Shown: positions 1 to 10,482, numbered from the stretch's first letter. The stretch is DNA of 64,000 bases from Bacteroidia bacterium (GCA_965279035.1 OZ257142.1:256001-320000); one strand, 5' to 3'. Translations and numbers: made by a program. The notes: a model not told the origin generated them from the letters alone.

Positions 1-1
1 A

Positions 2-268
2 CAAATTCTCACACAAGAAATTTGGTTTTCGCCTTTAAAACAGAAGATTGTGCGTATGGAAATGCAGGACTATCGACCCATTCGGAAGTTTACTGTTGAT
101 TATCCCGAGTTTGAGTTGGTGGAAGAATATCGATTGCCTAAAAAACTATCGGTTCTTGCTCAAGCCGATAAACATGTTAAGATAGAACTGGAATATTCCA
201 GAATGACCGTCAACAAGGAATTGAATTTACCATTCAACATTCCTGACAATTATGAGCCGAGCCATTAA
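2..268 (+). CDS. C-terminal part of a probable DUF4292-family protein (5' truncated by the window edge)
   Basis: The frame is open from base 2. The C-terminus 'ELNLPFNIPDNY' and the position directly upstream of an EnvC-like gene match the usual Bacteroidota arrangement. Confidence 0.6.
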   Translation, partial: QILTQEIWFSPLKQKIVRMEMQDYRPIRKFTVDYPEFELVEEYRLPKKLSVLAQADKHVKIELEYSRMTVNKELNLPFNIPDNYEPSH

Positions 269-1535
269 AACCATTTTCCTTTTTTTTCTGCTGTTCATTC
301 AGGGACTTAATGTATTCGCGCAAGCGAGCAGAACCGATCTTGAGCGCAAGAAAAAAGCACTTCAAAAGGAAATTGAGATAACAAACAAACTCATCAACGA
401 AACCAAGAAGAACAAGAAGCTAAGCTTAGGTCAACTGCAAATTTTAAATAAAAAATTAGATGATCGGAAACGACTCATCAATGCTATTCAGCAGGAAGTA
501 AGCATGTTGAATTCGACTATTAGTACCAACGGAGAAAAAATTAAAGAGCTCCAAATTGAATTAGATCGATTGAAGCTTTCGTATGCTAAATTAATCCGCC
601 AGGCTTACCTCACCCGTAATCAACAATCGTCGTTGATGCTTCTATTTTCTGCCCAAGATTTTCAACAGGCATACAAACGCCTTTATTATTTAAGAAAATA
701 CAATAGCTACCGACGCGAGCAAGCTCTTTTGATTCAAACTTCCCAAGATGAATTGAATGGACGTGTGAAGCAAATGCGCACGGACCTTTCTTCAAAACGC
801 GATTTATTAGGAACTGAGGAACGCGAGAAAAAAGTGTTGAGTGAAGAGAAGAAAGAACAAGAGCAAACCTTGACAGCACTTCAGAAGAAAGAAAAATCGC
901 TCAAGAAGGAATTGGAGAAAAAGCGGTCGGATGCAAAGAAATTGGATAGCGAAATTCAACGTGTTATTGAGCGTGAGATTAATAAAGAACGGAATAAGGC
1001 CATTGCTAAATCTAAATCGGAAGCCGAGGCCGCGCGTAAAAAAGCAGAAGCTGCTGGTAAGCCCGTTCCGGTACCTGAAAAAGAACCCGAAATACGCGTT
1101 ACCTCCGAAACGAAAGCAGTATCTGGAAAATTCGAATCCAATAAAGGCCGTTTACCTTGGCCTGTTGAACGAGGAGTTATTACAGAATCTTTCGGTACAC
1201 ATGCTCATCCCGTTTTAAAAGGAATTACGACCAATAACAACGGAATTAATATTTCAACCACATCGGGAGCTGCAGTAAAAGCAATTTACGAAGGTGTTGT
1301 AACGGGTGTAATCAATATTCCAGGAGCCAATATGGCCATCATCCTTAAACATGGTGAATACCTAACAGTATACAGCAATTTGGCTTCAGCATCCGTTTCA
1401 CAAGGACAAAAAGTAAATACAGGACAAGCCATAGGTATTGCCGACAAAGATGATTCAGGTGGAAAATCTGAAGCGCATCTCGAAATTTGGAAGGGAAAAG
1501 TCAAGCTAAATCCAGCCGATTGGATAGCGAGATAA
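252..1535 (+). CDS. envC: Murein hydrolase activator EnvC-like protein (coiled coil plus degenerate M23 domain)
   Basis: Signal peptide, long coiled coil and C-terminal M23 fold (LPWPV...NNGINI...YSNL...HLEIW) lacking the full Zn ligands. Confidence 0.85.
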   Translation: MSRAIKTIFLFFLLFIQGLNVFAQASRTDLERKKKALQKEIEITNKLINETKKNKKLSLGQLQILNKKLDDRKRLINAIQQEVSMLNSTISTNGEKIKELQIELDRLKLSYAKLIRQAYLTRNQQSSLMLLFSAQDFQQAYKRLYYLRKYNSYRREQALLIQTSQDELNGRVKQMRTDLSSKRDLLGTEEREKKVLSEEKKEQEQTLTALQKKEKSLKKELEKKRSDAKKLDSEIQRVIEREINKERNKAIAKSKSEAEAARKKAEAAGKPVPVPEKEPEIRVTSETKAVSGKFESNKGRLPWPVERGVITESFGTHAHPVLKGITTNNNGINISTTSGAAVKAIYEGVVTGVINIPGANMAIILKHGEYLTVYSNLASASVSQGQKVNTGQAIGIADKDDSGGKSEAHLEIWKGKVKLNPADWIAR

Positions 1536-2246
1536 TCAATATATAAACTCGCGTTTGAACCAATAGGAATAGCGAGGTAAATAATAGGTGATGCTAATTC
1601 CTAAGTATGTTCCTTTAAAATTTACCGATTGAAGAGGAAAGCGATTACTGGTTAAGGAACCATCATATACATTGCTTGTGCTGTATTTAAACGTTGCACC
1701 GAAGTACATGGCAGCATCATTTTTAAAAATGGAGCCTACTTCAAAACCAGCCATAAAAACAGGATATGCTTTGGTATTAACGACTGCCGAAGTTTTGTAT
1801 GTAATAAAACTGGAGCTGTCACCCGAAAGTTTTACACGTTGTGCTGTACTCAAATTGAATTGCATTCCCACACCTAAAAACTCACGGTGTTTCAAAGAGC
1901 CAATATAGCCACACGTTCCTACCATGATTGGAACTTCAACATTATGAGCTCTAAAACGCGCATCCATTCCTACAGCGGGAGTTCCAGTTTGTTTTAACCC
2001 AAACGACTGTATGGAATAATTCACCGAAATGCCAGCATAAAAATGCTCCCCTAAGTCTAAGGAATTTGTTATTCCTCCTTGAAATCCTGCGCGACTAACC
2101 GTAAAAAAATTGGGACTAATCGAATTGTTTCCCGAAGTCCATGCAACCGTTGGACCTGCAGAAAAACCTAAACGCATCTTAGGAGCTTGTGCAAAAGAGT
2201 TCAGAGCAAGAAAGCAGAAGAGCAAGGGGGAAAAAAGTCGGCGCAT
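1536..2246 (-). CDS. Outer-membrane beta-barrel (PorT-like) protein
   Basis: Signal peptide from MRRLFSP (ATG 2246) and alternating beta-strand pattern with aromatic girdle residues. Confidence 0.6.
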   Translation of the reverse strand: MRRLFSPLLFCFLALNSFAQAPKMRLGFSAGPTVAWTSGNNSISPNFFTVSRAGFQGGITNSLDLGEHFYAGISVNYSIQSFGLKQTGTPAVGMDARFRAHNVEVPIMVGTCGYIGSLKHREFLGVGMQFNLSTAQRVKLSGDSSSFITYKTSAVVNTKAYPVFMAGFEVGSIFKNDAAMYFGATFKYSTSNVYDGSLTSNRFPLQSVNFKGTYLGISITYYLPRYSYWFKREFIY

Positions 2247-2344
2247 AGATTTTTCAGCAAAGAAACAAAAAATCAAACCATGGGATTGAATGCAAATATC
2301 CTTCTATATCATAAAATCGTGTACCTTCAACCTTCTTTAGGCGG

Positions 2345-3718
2345 ATGAAGATGATGAATTCTATGACAGAGGCAACAGAAAGCCGATTTAGCAGATGGAC
2401 TTCCGTGCTTTTTCAACCCGTTGCACTTGATCCTTTAATTGCATTTCGTGTTTCATTCGGACTTGCCATGGCGCTTTGGTCCTTGTACATGATATTTAGC
2501 GGGAACGTTCGGACCTTTTTTATTGAGCCAAACTACTTTTTTACCTATCCCGGATTGGAGTGGATAAAACCATTGCCTGCATTAGGCATGTATGCAGTGT
2601 TTCTGATTCTTTTTGCTTCGGCAATTATGTTGGGTGCTGGATTCTTTTTCCGAATAAGCACACTCGTTTTCACCCTTGCTTTTGCCTACATCTCGCTCAT
2701 CGACCAGTCGAATTATTTGAGCTATTATTATTACGTGCTCTTGCTTTCTATCATGTTAAGCATTTCACCAGCACATCGTTTATTTTCCATCGACCTCATA
2801 CGAAAGCCTGCACTTAGAGTCGATTTCATTCCACGTTGGAGTATCCTTGCACTTCAAATTCAAGTGGCGCTTGTGTTTATTTTCGCTGGCATGGCAAAAC
2901 TCAATGCCGACTGGCTTTTTCAAGGCCGACCAATGAATATCTGGCTAGAGAATCTTTCCCTTAAATCTGGAATCGCATTCCCCGATTGGATGCTTTCAGG
3001 AACATTTCCAGTTGCGCTTTCTTGGTTTCTTATTCTGTTCGATTTTATCATTCCACACTTTTTGCTCGATAAATCTACCAGCGTTGGCGCTTTCCGCATG
3101 GTGATCTTGATTCAAATTTCAGCGCTCATACTTTTTCCAGCAGGATTTTTTCCCATTTTAACAATCTTGTCCTGTACTGTATTTCTGCCAGCCGAACGCA
3201 TTCATCGTCTCGTTTCTGGAATTTCCTATTTGCTTTACGATCTCTTTCATTTTCGTGGCGAAGTCTTTCAGCCAGGCGGTTCCTATATGCTTCAATACCG
3301 TAAAAAGAGACTTTTCCCAGCCATACTACTTTGCTTTTTAAGTGCCCAAATTCTGATGCCCGTTACACTTTTTCTCTATTGGGGAAATGGCCGTTGGACC
3401 GATGCTGCTTTTCATTTTAGCTGGGACCTTCGACTTCACGAGAAAGAAGCAAAAGTTCAAATCTGGCGCACCAATCCTAATTCGGGGCAGGAAGAAGAAG
3501 TCAATATAAACCAATACCTCAGCCCACATCAGCAACGCAGAATGGCCGAAAGTCCGGATATGATTCGTCAGTTTATTCATCATTTGCGACACGATGGTAT
3601 AGATACATCGGCTAGAGATTTTGAGCAAGTACGAGCTTTGTCAACCATTTCACTCAATGGCGGAGCACCTCAACCGCTCATTGATCCCAGTACCGAATTC
3701 CCGAAAGAAGAAAACTAA
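2345..3718 (+). CDS. HTTM-domain / vitamin K-dependent gamma-carboxylase-like membrane protein
   Basis: Multiple TM helices; motifs FRVSFG, FFTYPGLEWIKPLP, AGMAKLNADWL and SLNG..Q.LIDP. Confidence 0.85.
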   Translation: MKMMNSMTEATESRFSRWTSVLFQPVALDPLIAFRVSFGLAMALWSLYMIFSGNVRTFFIEPNYFFTYPGLEWIKPLPALGMYAVFLILFASAIMLGAGFFFRISTLVFTLAFAYISLIDQSNYLSYYYYVLLLSIMLSISPAHRLFSIDLIRKPALRVDFIPRWSILALQIQVALVFIFAGMAKLNADWLFQGRPMNIWLENLSLKSGIAFPDWMLSGTFPVALSWFLILFDFIIPHFLLDKSTSVGAFRMVILIQISALILFPAGFFPILTILSCTVFLPAERIHRLVSGISYLLYDLFHFRGEVFQPGGSYMLQYRKKRLFPAILLCFLSAQILMPVTLFLYWGNGRWTDAAFHFSWDLRLHEKEAKVQIWRTNPNSGQEEEVNINQYLSPHQQRRMAESPDMIRQFIHHLRHDGIDTSARDFEQVRALSTISLNGGAPQPLIDPSTEFPKEEN

Positions 3719-3733
3719 GTTCGATATTGCCTC

Positions 3734-4678
3734 ATGTTTTCAATTCTTAGGTCAGCAAGACTCACGAGCTTTATCCTCATCCTATTTTCCTGTAGTTCCC
3801 AAACCGATCATTGGCAATTGGCTCAAAAAGAATGGGAACAAAACGACTTTCTAGGCGCCATTATCGAACTCAATACCTGCATCGATCGTGATATTCAAAG
3901 CGACAGCATTTACCTTATGCGGGCTCGCTGTTTTCAAAAAATCCAAAACGATTCTCAGGCGTTTATCGATTTCAAACAAGCCCTTGTATTAAATCCCCGA
4001 TGTGATGCAGCACGGCTCGAATTGGCTCGTTTACAGATTTTATATCACGATACAAGTTCTGCTGGAATTTCACTTCGAATCCTCATTCAAAATAAAACGG
4101 GCCGCCTTTGCTCCGATGCTTGGATCGAAACTGGACGCATGCAGTATTTCTCCGATCAGTTTCCCACGGCCATTTATTCCCTGAATCAAGCTGTGCAAGC
4201 CGATTCTAACAATCACATGGCTTGGTATTATCGCGGTCTTTTATTTTCCCGCTTTTTTACTCCTGAAGGCGAAACAGGTATTGCTAATTATCCTTTCCTC
4301 AATTTCCCGGCTGCTATCAGCGACTTTGGACAATGCATTCGTTTAAAACCCAACTTCGCTGATGCTTGGTATCAGCGAGCTGTCGTGTATTTCAACCAAT
4401 TCGATGAGCTACACGGAATGCCGGATATCAATCAAGCCATTCGTCTCGAGCCCAAGTATTCGTATTATTATTCTGCTCGTGCCCACCAACACAATGTTTC
4501 GGGCCGTTTGCAGGAGGCGCTAACCGATTACAATAAGGCAGTTTCACTCAATGCACTCGATCCTGAGGCACTTTTAGGTCGTGCTGAAGTATGGGATAAA
4601 CTTGGTCAAAAAACCAATGCCGAAAAAGACCGACATACAGCTGCTATCATCGCATTAAGTTCCGAGAATCATCATTAG
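3734..4678 (+). CDS. TPR-repeat lipoprotein
   Basis: Lipobox ILFSC and repeated TPR helices (AWYYRG, AWYQRA, ALLGRA). Confidence 0.8.
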   Translation: MFSILRSARLTSFILILFSCSSQTDHWQLAQKEWEQNDFLGAIIELNTCIDRDIQSDSIYLMRARCFQKIQNDSQAFIDFKQALVLNPRCDAARLELARLQILYHDTSSAGISLRILIQNKTGRLCSDAWIETGRMQYFSDQFPTAIYSLNQAVQADSNNHMAWYYRGLLFSRFFTPEGETGIANYPFLNFPAAISDFGQCIRLKPNFADAWYQRAVVYFNQFDELHGMPDINQAIRLEPKYSYYYSARAHQHNVSGRLQEALTDYNKAVSLNALDPEALLGRAEVWDKLGQKTNAEKDRHTAAIIALSSENHH

Positions 4679-4745
4679 GGTGGTGCCCAGGCTTTCGCTA
4701 CGTGCCCTACTTCGGACGGGCTCTTTGCTCAATCCTTACCACTTC
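4678..4745 (+). ncRNA. Structured intergenic element, Flavo-1-like RNA motif or repeat
   Basis: Closing stem GTGGT(4680-84)/ACCAC(4738-42); internal 'caggctttcgctac' and 'gggctctttgctcaatcc'; homologous to the element at 44364-44474. Confidence 0.45.
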
Positions 4746-4816
4746 TTCTAAGCTCAAGCAGGAAGGCAGAAAAACAACATTCTAATAATTCTTCTCCTTT
4801 CAAGTTAACACCAAAG

Positions 4817-4852
4817 AAAAAGCGCCTGTTTATACTAAACAGACGCTTTTTT
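4817..4852 (-). terminator. Intrinsic terminator of the collagen-like gene (probably bidirectional)
   Basis: AAAAAGCGcCTGTTT / AAACAGaCGCTTTTT hairpin flanked by A and T tracts; the mismatch becomes a G-U pair on the minus strand. Confidence 0.75.
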
Positions 4853-4874
4853 AAAAATGATTAATTCCTAAATC

Positions 4875-7145
4875 CTATTTCTTACGAATAGGATCAACAT
4901 TTTTCAAAGGTTGAAGTTTCGGAGTTGATTCAAAACGAAGGTCTTCATAACGAGCAACACGGCTTCCTTCTTTTTTATCAGAGCGGTTTGCCACAATGTG
5001 CCACTGGAAAACAGTAGAAGAACTTCCTCCTGCCAATTCAACTACATCAAAACCGTTCACCGTTTTGTTTGTAATGTATACACCTTTACAATCACCTTCT
5101 ACCTGAATATAAACACGTAAAGGATGTTTTTCATTCACCGTAATGTTCATTGCAAATGTTGGGTCAATTGTAATATGTGCTTTTCCGTTAACAAGTTGAC
5201 CTGTTCCAAAATCTTCGAATAATACTTCGGGAGCTTCTGGTGCATGCATAACAACAGCTTTGTCATTTACATCTTTTACTATGGTCGAAACAGTACCACC
5301 ACCTAAAATCTTGTAGTGAACATCAGCTGCTGTCCAGCAATTAATTACACCTGTTCCGGCATTGGTTGCATCTCCATCATTCGTGTAAATCGCAGCTTGG
5401 TCAACACCTGGAGCGAAGTTTAAATTTCTAGCATAAAGCCCGAAGTTAAATCCATTAAATGCTCCTCCTTGACCATCAGCTAATACTGTTCCTGACGTAA
5501 AAGCAATATTATTTCCAATACCGAAAACTCCGGTTCCTGTTGCAGAAGAACTTTCTCCACCAATACCAGTTTCTCCAATTCCACCAACCCCAACACCAGC
5601 ACCAGTCCTTAAGTTATTTCCATAAACACCCGCATACGCCGTACCCGATGCATTTATTTGACCTGTAACACCAGATGCCGCCGAAGTCGATAAACCAAGA
5701 ATTGCTGAATTGGCAACGGTTGTACTATTGGTTGTTCCTTGAATAGCGGCGAATGTATTTGCAGCATTTGTCGATGCACCTTGAATAGCATTTCCAGTTC
5801 CCGAAAGTACAACAGCCAAACCTGATGTTGAAGTTCCACTTTCGTTTATTTGTAAACCAATACCAGTTAACCCAGTACCAGAAGCATTAATTGTAACAGG
5901 ACCAGAATCAGCAGTAATCGTTTTTCCAGCACCAGGTCCACCAAAATCATACGATTGATCTAAGGTTCCACCAGCACCAGCAGGACCTTGAGGACCAGCA
6001 GGGCCCGTTGCTCCCGTTGCACCAGCAGGGCCAGCAGGACCTGTTGCACCAGTCAATCCAGTTGGGCCAGCAGGACCAGCAGGACCGGTTGCTCCAGCAG
6101 GACCAGTTGCTCCTGTTGCGCCAGTTAATCCGATTGGACCTTGAGGACCAGTAGCACCAGCAGGACCAGTTGCACCAGTTGCACCTGCAGGGCCAGCGGG
6201 ACCTGTTAATCCTGTTGCTCCTGTAGCACCATTTGCACCTTGTGGTCCAGCAGGACCAGTAGCTCCAGTTGCTCCAGCAGGACCTTGTGGGCCAGCAACT
6301 CCAGCAATGCCTTGTGGACCTTGAGGGCCAGTTGCACCGGCAGGACCGGTTGCCCCATCTTGTCCATCAGCTCCGGCAGGGCCAGCTGCGCCAGTTGGAC
6401 CAGCAGGACCTTGAGCACCACGGCAATCCAATGCATTCCAGAATCCATCGTTATTCACGTCTTCTGAAGGATCTTGAACGGCATCACCATCTGTATCCCA
6501 GCAATTTAAGCCGCTACCAGGACCAGCAGGACCTTGAATACCTTGCGGACCAGCAGGGCCAGCAGGACCCGTTGCTCCAGCAGGACCAGTAGCACCATTT
6601 TGTCCGTTTGCTCCCGCAGGGCCAGCAGGACCAGTTGGACCAGCAGGACCAGTTGCTCCATCTTGTCCATCAGCACCAGCAGGGCCGGCAGGGCCTTGAG
6701 GGCCAGGAGTTCCGCCGTTTCCAGCTGACTCCGAATAGAGTGCATAAGGAACAGAAAGCAGTTCGTTTGTACCTATTGTAGTATAATTTGTTCCTCCAGC
6801 AGGATCAACTTCAATTTTTACATATTGATTTGCCGTGTTCCAAGTAATGTCTTCAAAAGTTCCAGATATAGGAGTTCCAGCACCAATTTTTAAGGTAAAA
6901 AGTCCAAAAGCATTGGTAGTAGCCGTATGCTTTTCTGAATATTGAACCGGACCAGTTGCCGAACCTTGTAAAACCGAAATTTTTACACTTATCGATTGGT
7001 TTACGAATACACTTCCAGCAGCATTTCGTGCAATTGCTTGGTAATTAATTCCATTGGGCACGGTTGCCTGTGCATGCAAAGAACCCGATAAGAGCAGAAG
7101 CCCTAATGCAGGTGTAAGTAAGAGAGAAAGGAAATTTCTTTTCAT
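4875..7145 (-). CDS. Secreted collagen-like surface fibre protein
   Basis: Signal peptide (ATG 7145), Bacteroidota 'INYQAIAR...FGLFTLKIG' N-domain, about 22 plus about 50 Gly-X-Y triplets, Gly-rich beta region and C-terminal '[11 protein letters not shown]' domain. Confidence 0.85.
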   Translation of the reverse strand: MKRNFLSLLLTPALGLLLLSGSLHAQATVPNGINYQAIARNAAGSVFVNQSISVKISVLQGSATGPVQYSEKHTATTNAFGLFTLKIGAGTPISGTFEDITWNTANQYVKIEVDPAGGTNYTTIGTNELLSVPYALYSESAGNGGTPGPQGPAGPAGADGQDGATGPAGPTGPAGPAGANGQNGATGPAGATGPAGPAGPQGIQGPAGPGSGLNCWDTDGDAVQDPSEDVNNDGFWNALDCRGAQGPAGPTGAAGPAGADGQDGATGPAGATGPQGPQGIAGVAGPQGPAGATGATGPAGPQGANGATGATGLTGPAGPAGATGATGPAGATGPQGPIGLTGATGATGPAGATGPAGPAGPTGLTGATGPAGPAGATGATGPAGPQGPAGAGGTLDQSYDFGGPGAGKTITADSGPVTINASGTGLTGIGLQINESGTSTSGLAVVLSGTGNAIQGASTNAANTFAAIQGTTNSTTVANSAILGLSTSAASGVTGQINASGTAYAGVYGNNLRTGAGVGVGGIGETGIGGESSSATGTGVFGIGNNIAFTSGTVLADGQGGAFNGFNFGLYARNLNFAPGVDQAAIYTNDGDATNAGTGVINCWTAADVHYKILGGGTVSTIVKDVNDKAVVMHAPEAPEVLFEDFGTGQLVNGKAHITIDPTFAMNITVNEKHPLRVYIQVEGDCKGVYITNKTVNGFDVVELAGGSSSTVFQWHIVANRSDKKEGSRVARYEDLRFESTPKLQPLKNVDPIRKK
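5970..6714 (-). repeat. Collagen Gly-X-Y coding repeats (9-bp period) in two blocks
   Basis: Repeated 'ggaccagca/gcacc' units encoding GPA/GAT/GPQ, interrupted at about 6421-6515. Confidence 0.95.
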
Positions 7146-7164
7146 AGTTGTAGTGAAAATTGAT

Positions 7165-7677
7165 TCAAGAATGCATTTTAGTAATCCGGAAACTGCGTTG
7201 ATGTTTACCATCGGTACTTGTCATACGAAGTAAATATGCTCCAGCGGCTAAATCGGATGTTTCAACAGTGTAAGTCTTGGTTCCTGGAACCTGATTAAGT
7301 GTTTTGCTTGCAATCACTTTGCGACCTTCTGCGTCAAAAAGATCGAGGGTGAAATTAAGCAGCGATTCGGTGGAAAGTCTTAAAGTAAGCTGTTCATCTA
7401 AAGGATTTGGATAAACATCAGCTGTCCAACTCGCATCAATCGATTCCACTAAAGCAATCTGATACTTATCAGGCTGATGAAATCCTTGTGTCAAAGTTGT
7501 GCTACCGCCAGAGATTGTCGAAACGGCGGACATTTCACCAATTGTATACGACATCCCGAACTGGGCATTGCTGAAATTTCCACCCTGAGAAGAAAATACC
7601 TGAGGACTTAATTGGGTTTGACCCCAACTAATTACAGGTATTGCCCCCAGAGCAAAAAGTAAAAGGGTTTTTTTCAT
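7165..7677 (-). CDS. Small T9SS type-A sorting-domain protein
   Basis: Signal peptide (ATG 7677), 'MSYTIGE...LTQGFHQP' N-part and CTD 'VYPNP...[10 protein letters not shown]...FRITK'. Confidence 0.85.
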   Translation of the reverse strand: MKKTLLLFALGAIPVISWGQTQLSPQVFSSQGGNFSNAQFGMSYTIGEMSAVSTISGGSTTLTQGFHQPDKYQIALVESIDASWTADVYPNPLDEQLTLRLSTESLLNFTLDLFDAEGRKVIASKTLNQVPGTKTYTVETSDLAAGAYLLRMTSTDGKHQRSFRITKMHS

Positions 7678-7789
7678 AAGCAATTGAAATAGGTTTAATG
7701 CTGCAAAGCGCAGAATAACAAATATAGTATTCATCCATTCTCCTAATCAGGTAAAACACATCCCCGTTAAAATGAATGAATAAGATATA

Positions 7790-9295
7790 TCAAAGCCTAT
7801 CCTGCATTAACTTTTCTGCTGCAATTAATCCACTTAATGCCACACCTGGAATTCCTTGGCCAGGATAAACGCTATCACCACACACGTACAAACCAGCCTC
7901 AACTCGAGCTTGAATCATCTGCCAAGGCTTAATCTTTTTAAACTGTGGATAGCCGCCTACAAAACCTCCTTTTCGCTTGGTCCATTCTTCCCAAGAAGCT
8001 GGTGTTGACGCGCTTATCCGAATAATATCACTCTCGTCAAAATACCCTTCCCGAATTAAAACTGCTTTTAAAACTAATTTGACACGTTCCAAGTCAATTA
8101 TGCTTTTCTGCCCCAATCGATAATGCATACTAACCGATAAAACGCCAATTCCTAAGTCTGTTCTCAAGCGATCATCGGAAGCATTCTTACTGATAAAAAT
8201 ACTTCCAGAACCTTCAAATCCGAGCGATTCACTAAGATGAATTTGTTGGTGTAAACACGACACTTGCTTGCGTTCGTGGTAAACAAAACTGAGTTGTATC
8301 GCACTATTCAAGGTTTGTATTGGCATTAATTTCCGGTTCAGTTTTCGAATCGAATTTTCATCCTGCAACAATTCCACAAGATTATTCACCGGTAATCCGG
8401 AAATTACTGCTCGGCTACAAATAATTCCTTTATCCGTGTGGATTTCCCATTGATTTTCCACACGTTTGATCGATGTAACAAGCGTTTTCAATAGCACGTC
8501 TCCCCGATTTTGTTCGATGAACTCAACAAACGGTGCAATCAAACGAATCATTCCACCAGGCACATAATAATTTCTAACGAGTGTATAACACAGTGATGCT
8601 GCACCAAATAAGGCATTCACTTCGTTTGAAGTATTTTGAGCAGTAATCATCAATTGCTCATTCACAAATTCCACAAATGCTTCATTCGAATCCAATCCGT
8701 ATTCAAGTAACAAATCGTGAATGGTCTTGAATGCATAGGGCAATGCGCTTAAATCCTTCATTCGCGCATTTTTAATACAATCAAAAATATCGTTGACGGA
8801 TGCAGGAGGAAAACTGAGTTGTCGGATTGAAATATCCCAAACCTGCTTGCTTAAATGAATACATGTTTCCCAGAATGCACGCTGACCTTGCGCTCCAAAA
8901 ACTCGTTCTGCTTCTGTAATCCATAATTCTGGATCATTAAACCGACGAACGATCGTCCCATCCTTCAACACCACTTGCATGGGTAATTCCAGTTTTTGAG
9001 CTTTGATCAAAATTCCTGTTTGTTGAATCACTTCCCAGAGCGGCATTCCTTCATCTAATCCAACCAAAGTTGTAGCACCTGTTTCGAAAATCACTCCGTT
9101 TCGGAAATAAGAACTAACACATCCGCCAGGTAAATAATTCTGTTCTAAAACAACTACCCGTTTTCCATGCTTAGCTAAAACAGCGGCTGCGCTCAAACTT
9201 CCTAATCCGGAGCCGAGTACAACTACATCAGCACAATTGGGCAATTCTGATTTCGTTGAAGTGCTAAATAAGTGAACAGGATTTAGAATTGGCAT
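7790..9295 (-). CDS. Phytoene/carotenoid desaturase-family FAD oxidoreductase (CrtD-like)
   Basis: GSGLGSL dinucleotide-binding motif, PGGC...FETGAT and C-terminal GDSVYPGQGIPGVALSG. Confidence 0.75.
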   Translation of the reverse strand: MPILNPVHLFSTSTKSELPNCADVVVLGSGLGSLSAAAVLAKHGKRVVVLEQNYLPGGCVSSYFRNGVIFETGATTLVGLDEGMPLWEVIQQTGILIKAQKLELPMQVVLKDGTIVRRFNDPELWITEAERVFGAQGQRAFWETCIHLSKQVWDISIRQLSFPPASVNDIFDCIKNARMKDLSALPYAFKTIHDLLLEYGLDSNEAFVEFVNEQLMITAQNTSNEVNALFGAASLCYTLVRNYYVPGGMIRLIAPFVEFIEQNRGDVLLKTLVTSIKRVENQWEIHTDKGIICSRAVISGLPVNNLVELLQDENSIRKLNRKLMPIQTLNSAIQLSFVYHERKQVSCLHQQIHLSESLGFEGSGSIFISKNASDDRLRTDLGIGVLSVSMHYRLGQKSIIDLERVKLVLKAVLIREGYFDESDIIRISASTPASWEEWTKRKGGFVGGYPQFKKIKPWQMIQARVEAGLYVCGDSVYPGQGIPGVALSGLIAAEKLMQDRL

Positions 9296-9419
9296 GTGCC
9301 ACCAACAAGCTAGTAGTAAAAAGGTTGCGATTTCTTGTATCTTTCAAAACGCTTCGGATTCGATGTAAAAATCTTTCGGATTGAACAAAATAAACAAACC
9401 TCCGTTTCCTTCCCTACCT

Positions 9420-9830
9420 ATGAATGTTACCGTAATTCGCAAAGAACATTTCAATGCTGCACACCGACTTCATAATCCCAATTGGGATGACGAAACCAAC
9501 AAACGGATTTTCGGCAAGTGCAACAACCCCAATTATCACGGTCATAATTATGAACTTGATGTTCATGTGACAGGTGAAATTGATTCCGATACAGGGTATG
9601 TTATCGATATGAAGATTTTGAGTGACATTATCCATGAAGAAGTGACCGAGCGCTATGATCACCGTAACCTCAACTTGGACATACCCGAATTTGCAACCTT
9701 AAACCCAACCGCCGAAAATATAGTAGTCATAATCTGGAACCGAATACGAGAACGATTGAACGACCGCTATGCACTAAAAGTCAGACTTTATGAAACAGAA
9801 CGAAACTTTGTTGAATACAACGGAGCCTGA
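9420..9830 (+). CDS. 6-pyruvoyl-tetrahydropterin synthase (PTPS-II-type motif)
   Basis: FNAAHRL, GKCNNPNYHGHNY (C-X5-HGH), DHRNLN, PTAEN and ETERN motifs. Confidence 0.9.
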   Translation: MNVTVIRKEHFNAAHRLHNPNWDDETNKRIFGKCNNPNYHGHNYELDVHVTGEIDSDTGYVIDMKILSDIIHEEVTERYDHRNLNLDIPEFATLNPTAENIVVIIWNRIRERLNDRYALKVRLYETERNFVEYNGA

Positions 9831-10482
9831 TATCTCCATAGAAGATCTTATTGGAGATGAACATATTTCAACAGCAGCCGAAACACCCTTACGGGCGGAT
9901 GCATTTGAGATAGATGATAAAACTAAAATGATTCGGATTGAGGAGCATTTCCGGGAAATCATGAATATTCTGGGATTAGATCTCACAGATGACAGCCTTC
10001 GAGGAACTCCAAAACGTGTAGCTAAAATGTATGTGAAGGAGATTTTTGCTGGCCTCGATCCAAAGAACAAACCCGAAATCGCGCTCTTCGAAAACAAATA
10101 CAAATACAAAGAAATGCTGGTTGAGAAGGACATCACGTTTTACTCAAACTGTGAGCATCATTTTGTCCCAATCATTGGAAAAGCGCATGTGGCATACATT
10201 TCCAACGGACATGTAATTGGTTTGTCGAAAATTAATCGCATTGTCCAATATTTCGCACATCGACCTCAAGTACAGGAGCGACTAACTATACAAATTGCCA
10301 ACGAGCTAAAACGTGCACTGAAAACTGAAGACGTAGCTGTCGTTATTGACGCTGTGCATTTGTGTGTTTCATCACGAGGCGTACAAGACAATGGCTCTAA
10401 AACAGTCACCTCCCATTTTGGCGGGAAATTCAATCAGGACGAAACGCGCCAGGAATTTTTCACTTTTGTGAATCTAAAATGA
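9790..10482 (+). CDS. folE: GTP cyclohydrolase I
   Basis: TPKRVAKMY, SNCEHHFVP, GLSKINR, PQVQERLT and HLCVSSRGV motifs. Confidence 0.95.
   Translation: MKQNETLLNTTEPDISIEDLIGDEHISTAAETPLRADAFEIDDKTKMIRIEEHFREIMNILGLDLTDDSLRGTPKRVAKMYVKEIFAGLDPKNKPEIALFENKYKYKEMLVEKDITFYSNCEHHFVPIIGKAHVAYISNGHVIGLSKINRIVQYFAHRPQVQERLTIQIANELKRALKTEDVAVVIDAVHLCVSSRGVQDNGSKTVTSHFGGKFNQDETRQEFFTFVNLK

Noticed and set aside
6206-6745. Several Gln/Leu- or Ser/Arg-rich ORFs in other frames
   Set aside because: They are shadow frames of the collagen 9-bp repeats.
9381-9400. TGAACA/TAAACA repeats as a CarH/LitR light-regulator operator
   Set aside because: The spacing is 9 bp rather than the ~11 bp I would expect, there are only two copies, and no such regulator is in the window.
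9420-9830. Annotating the PTPS as queD
   Set aside because: It has a C-X5-HGH motif and no que genes nearby.
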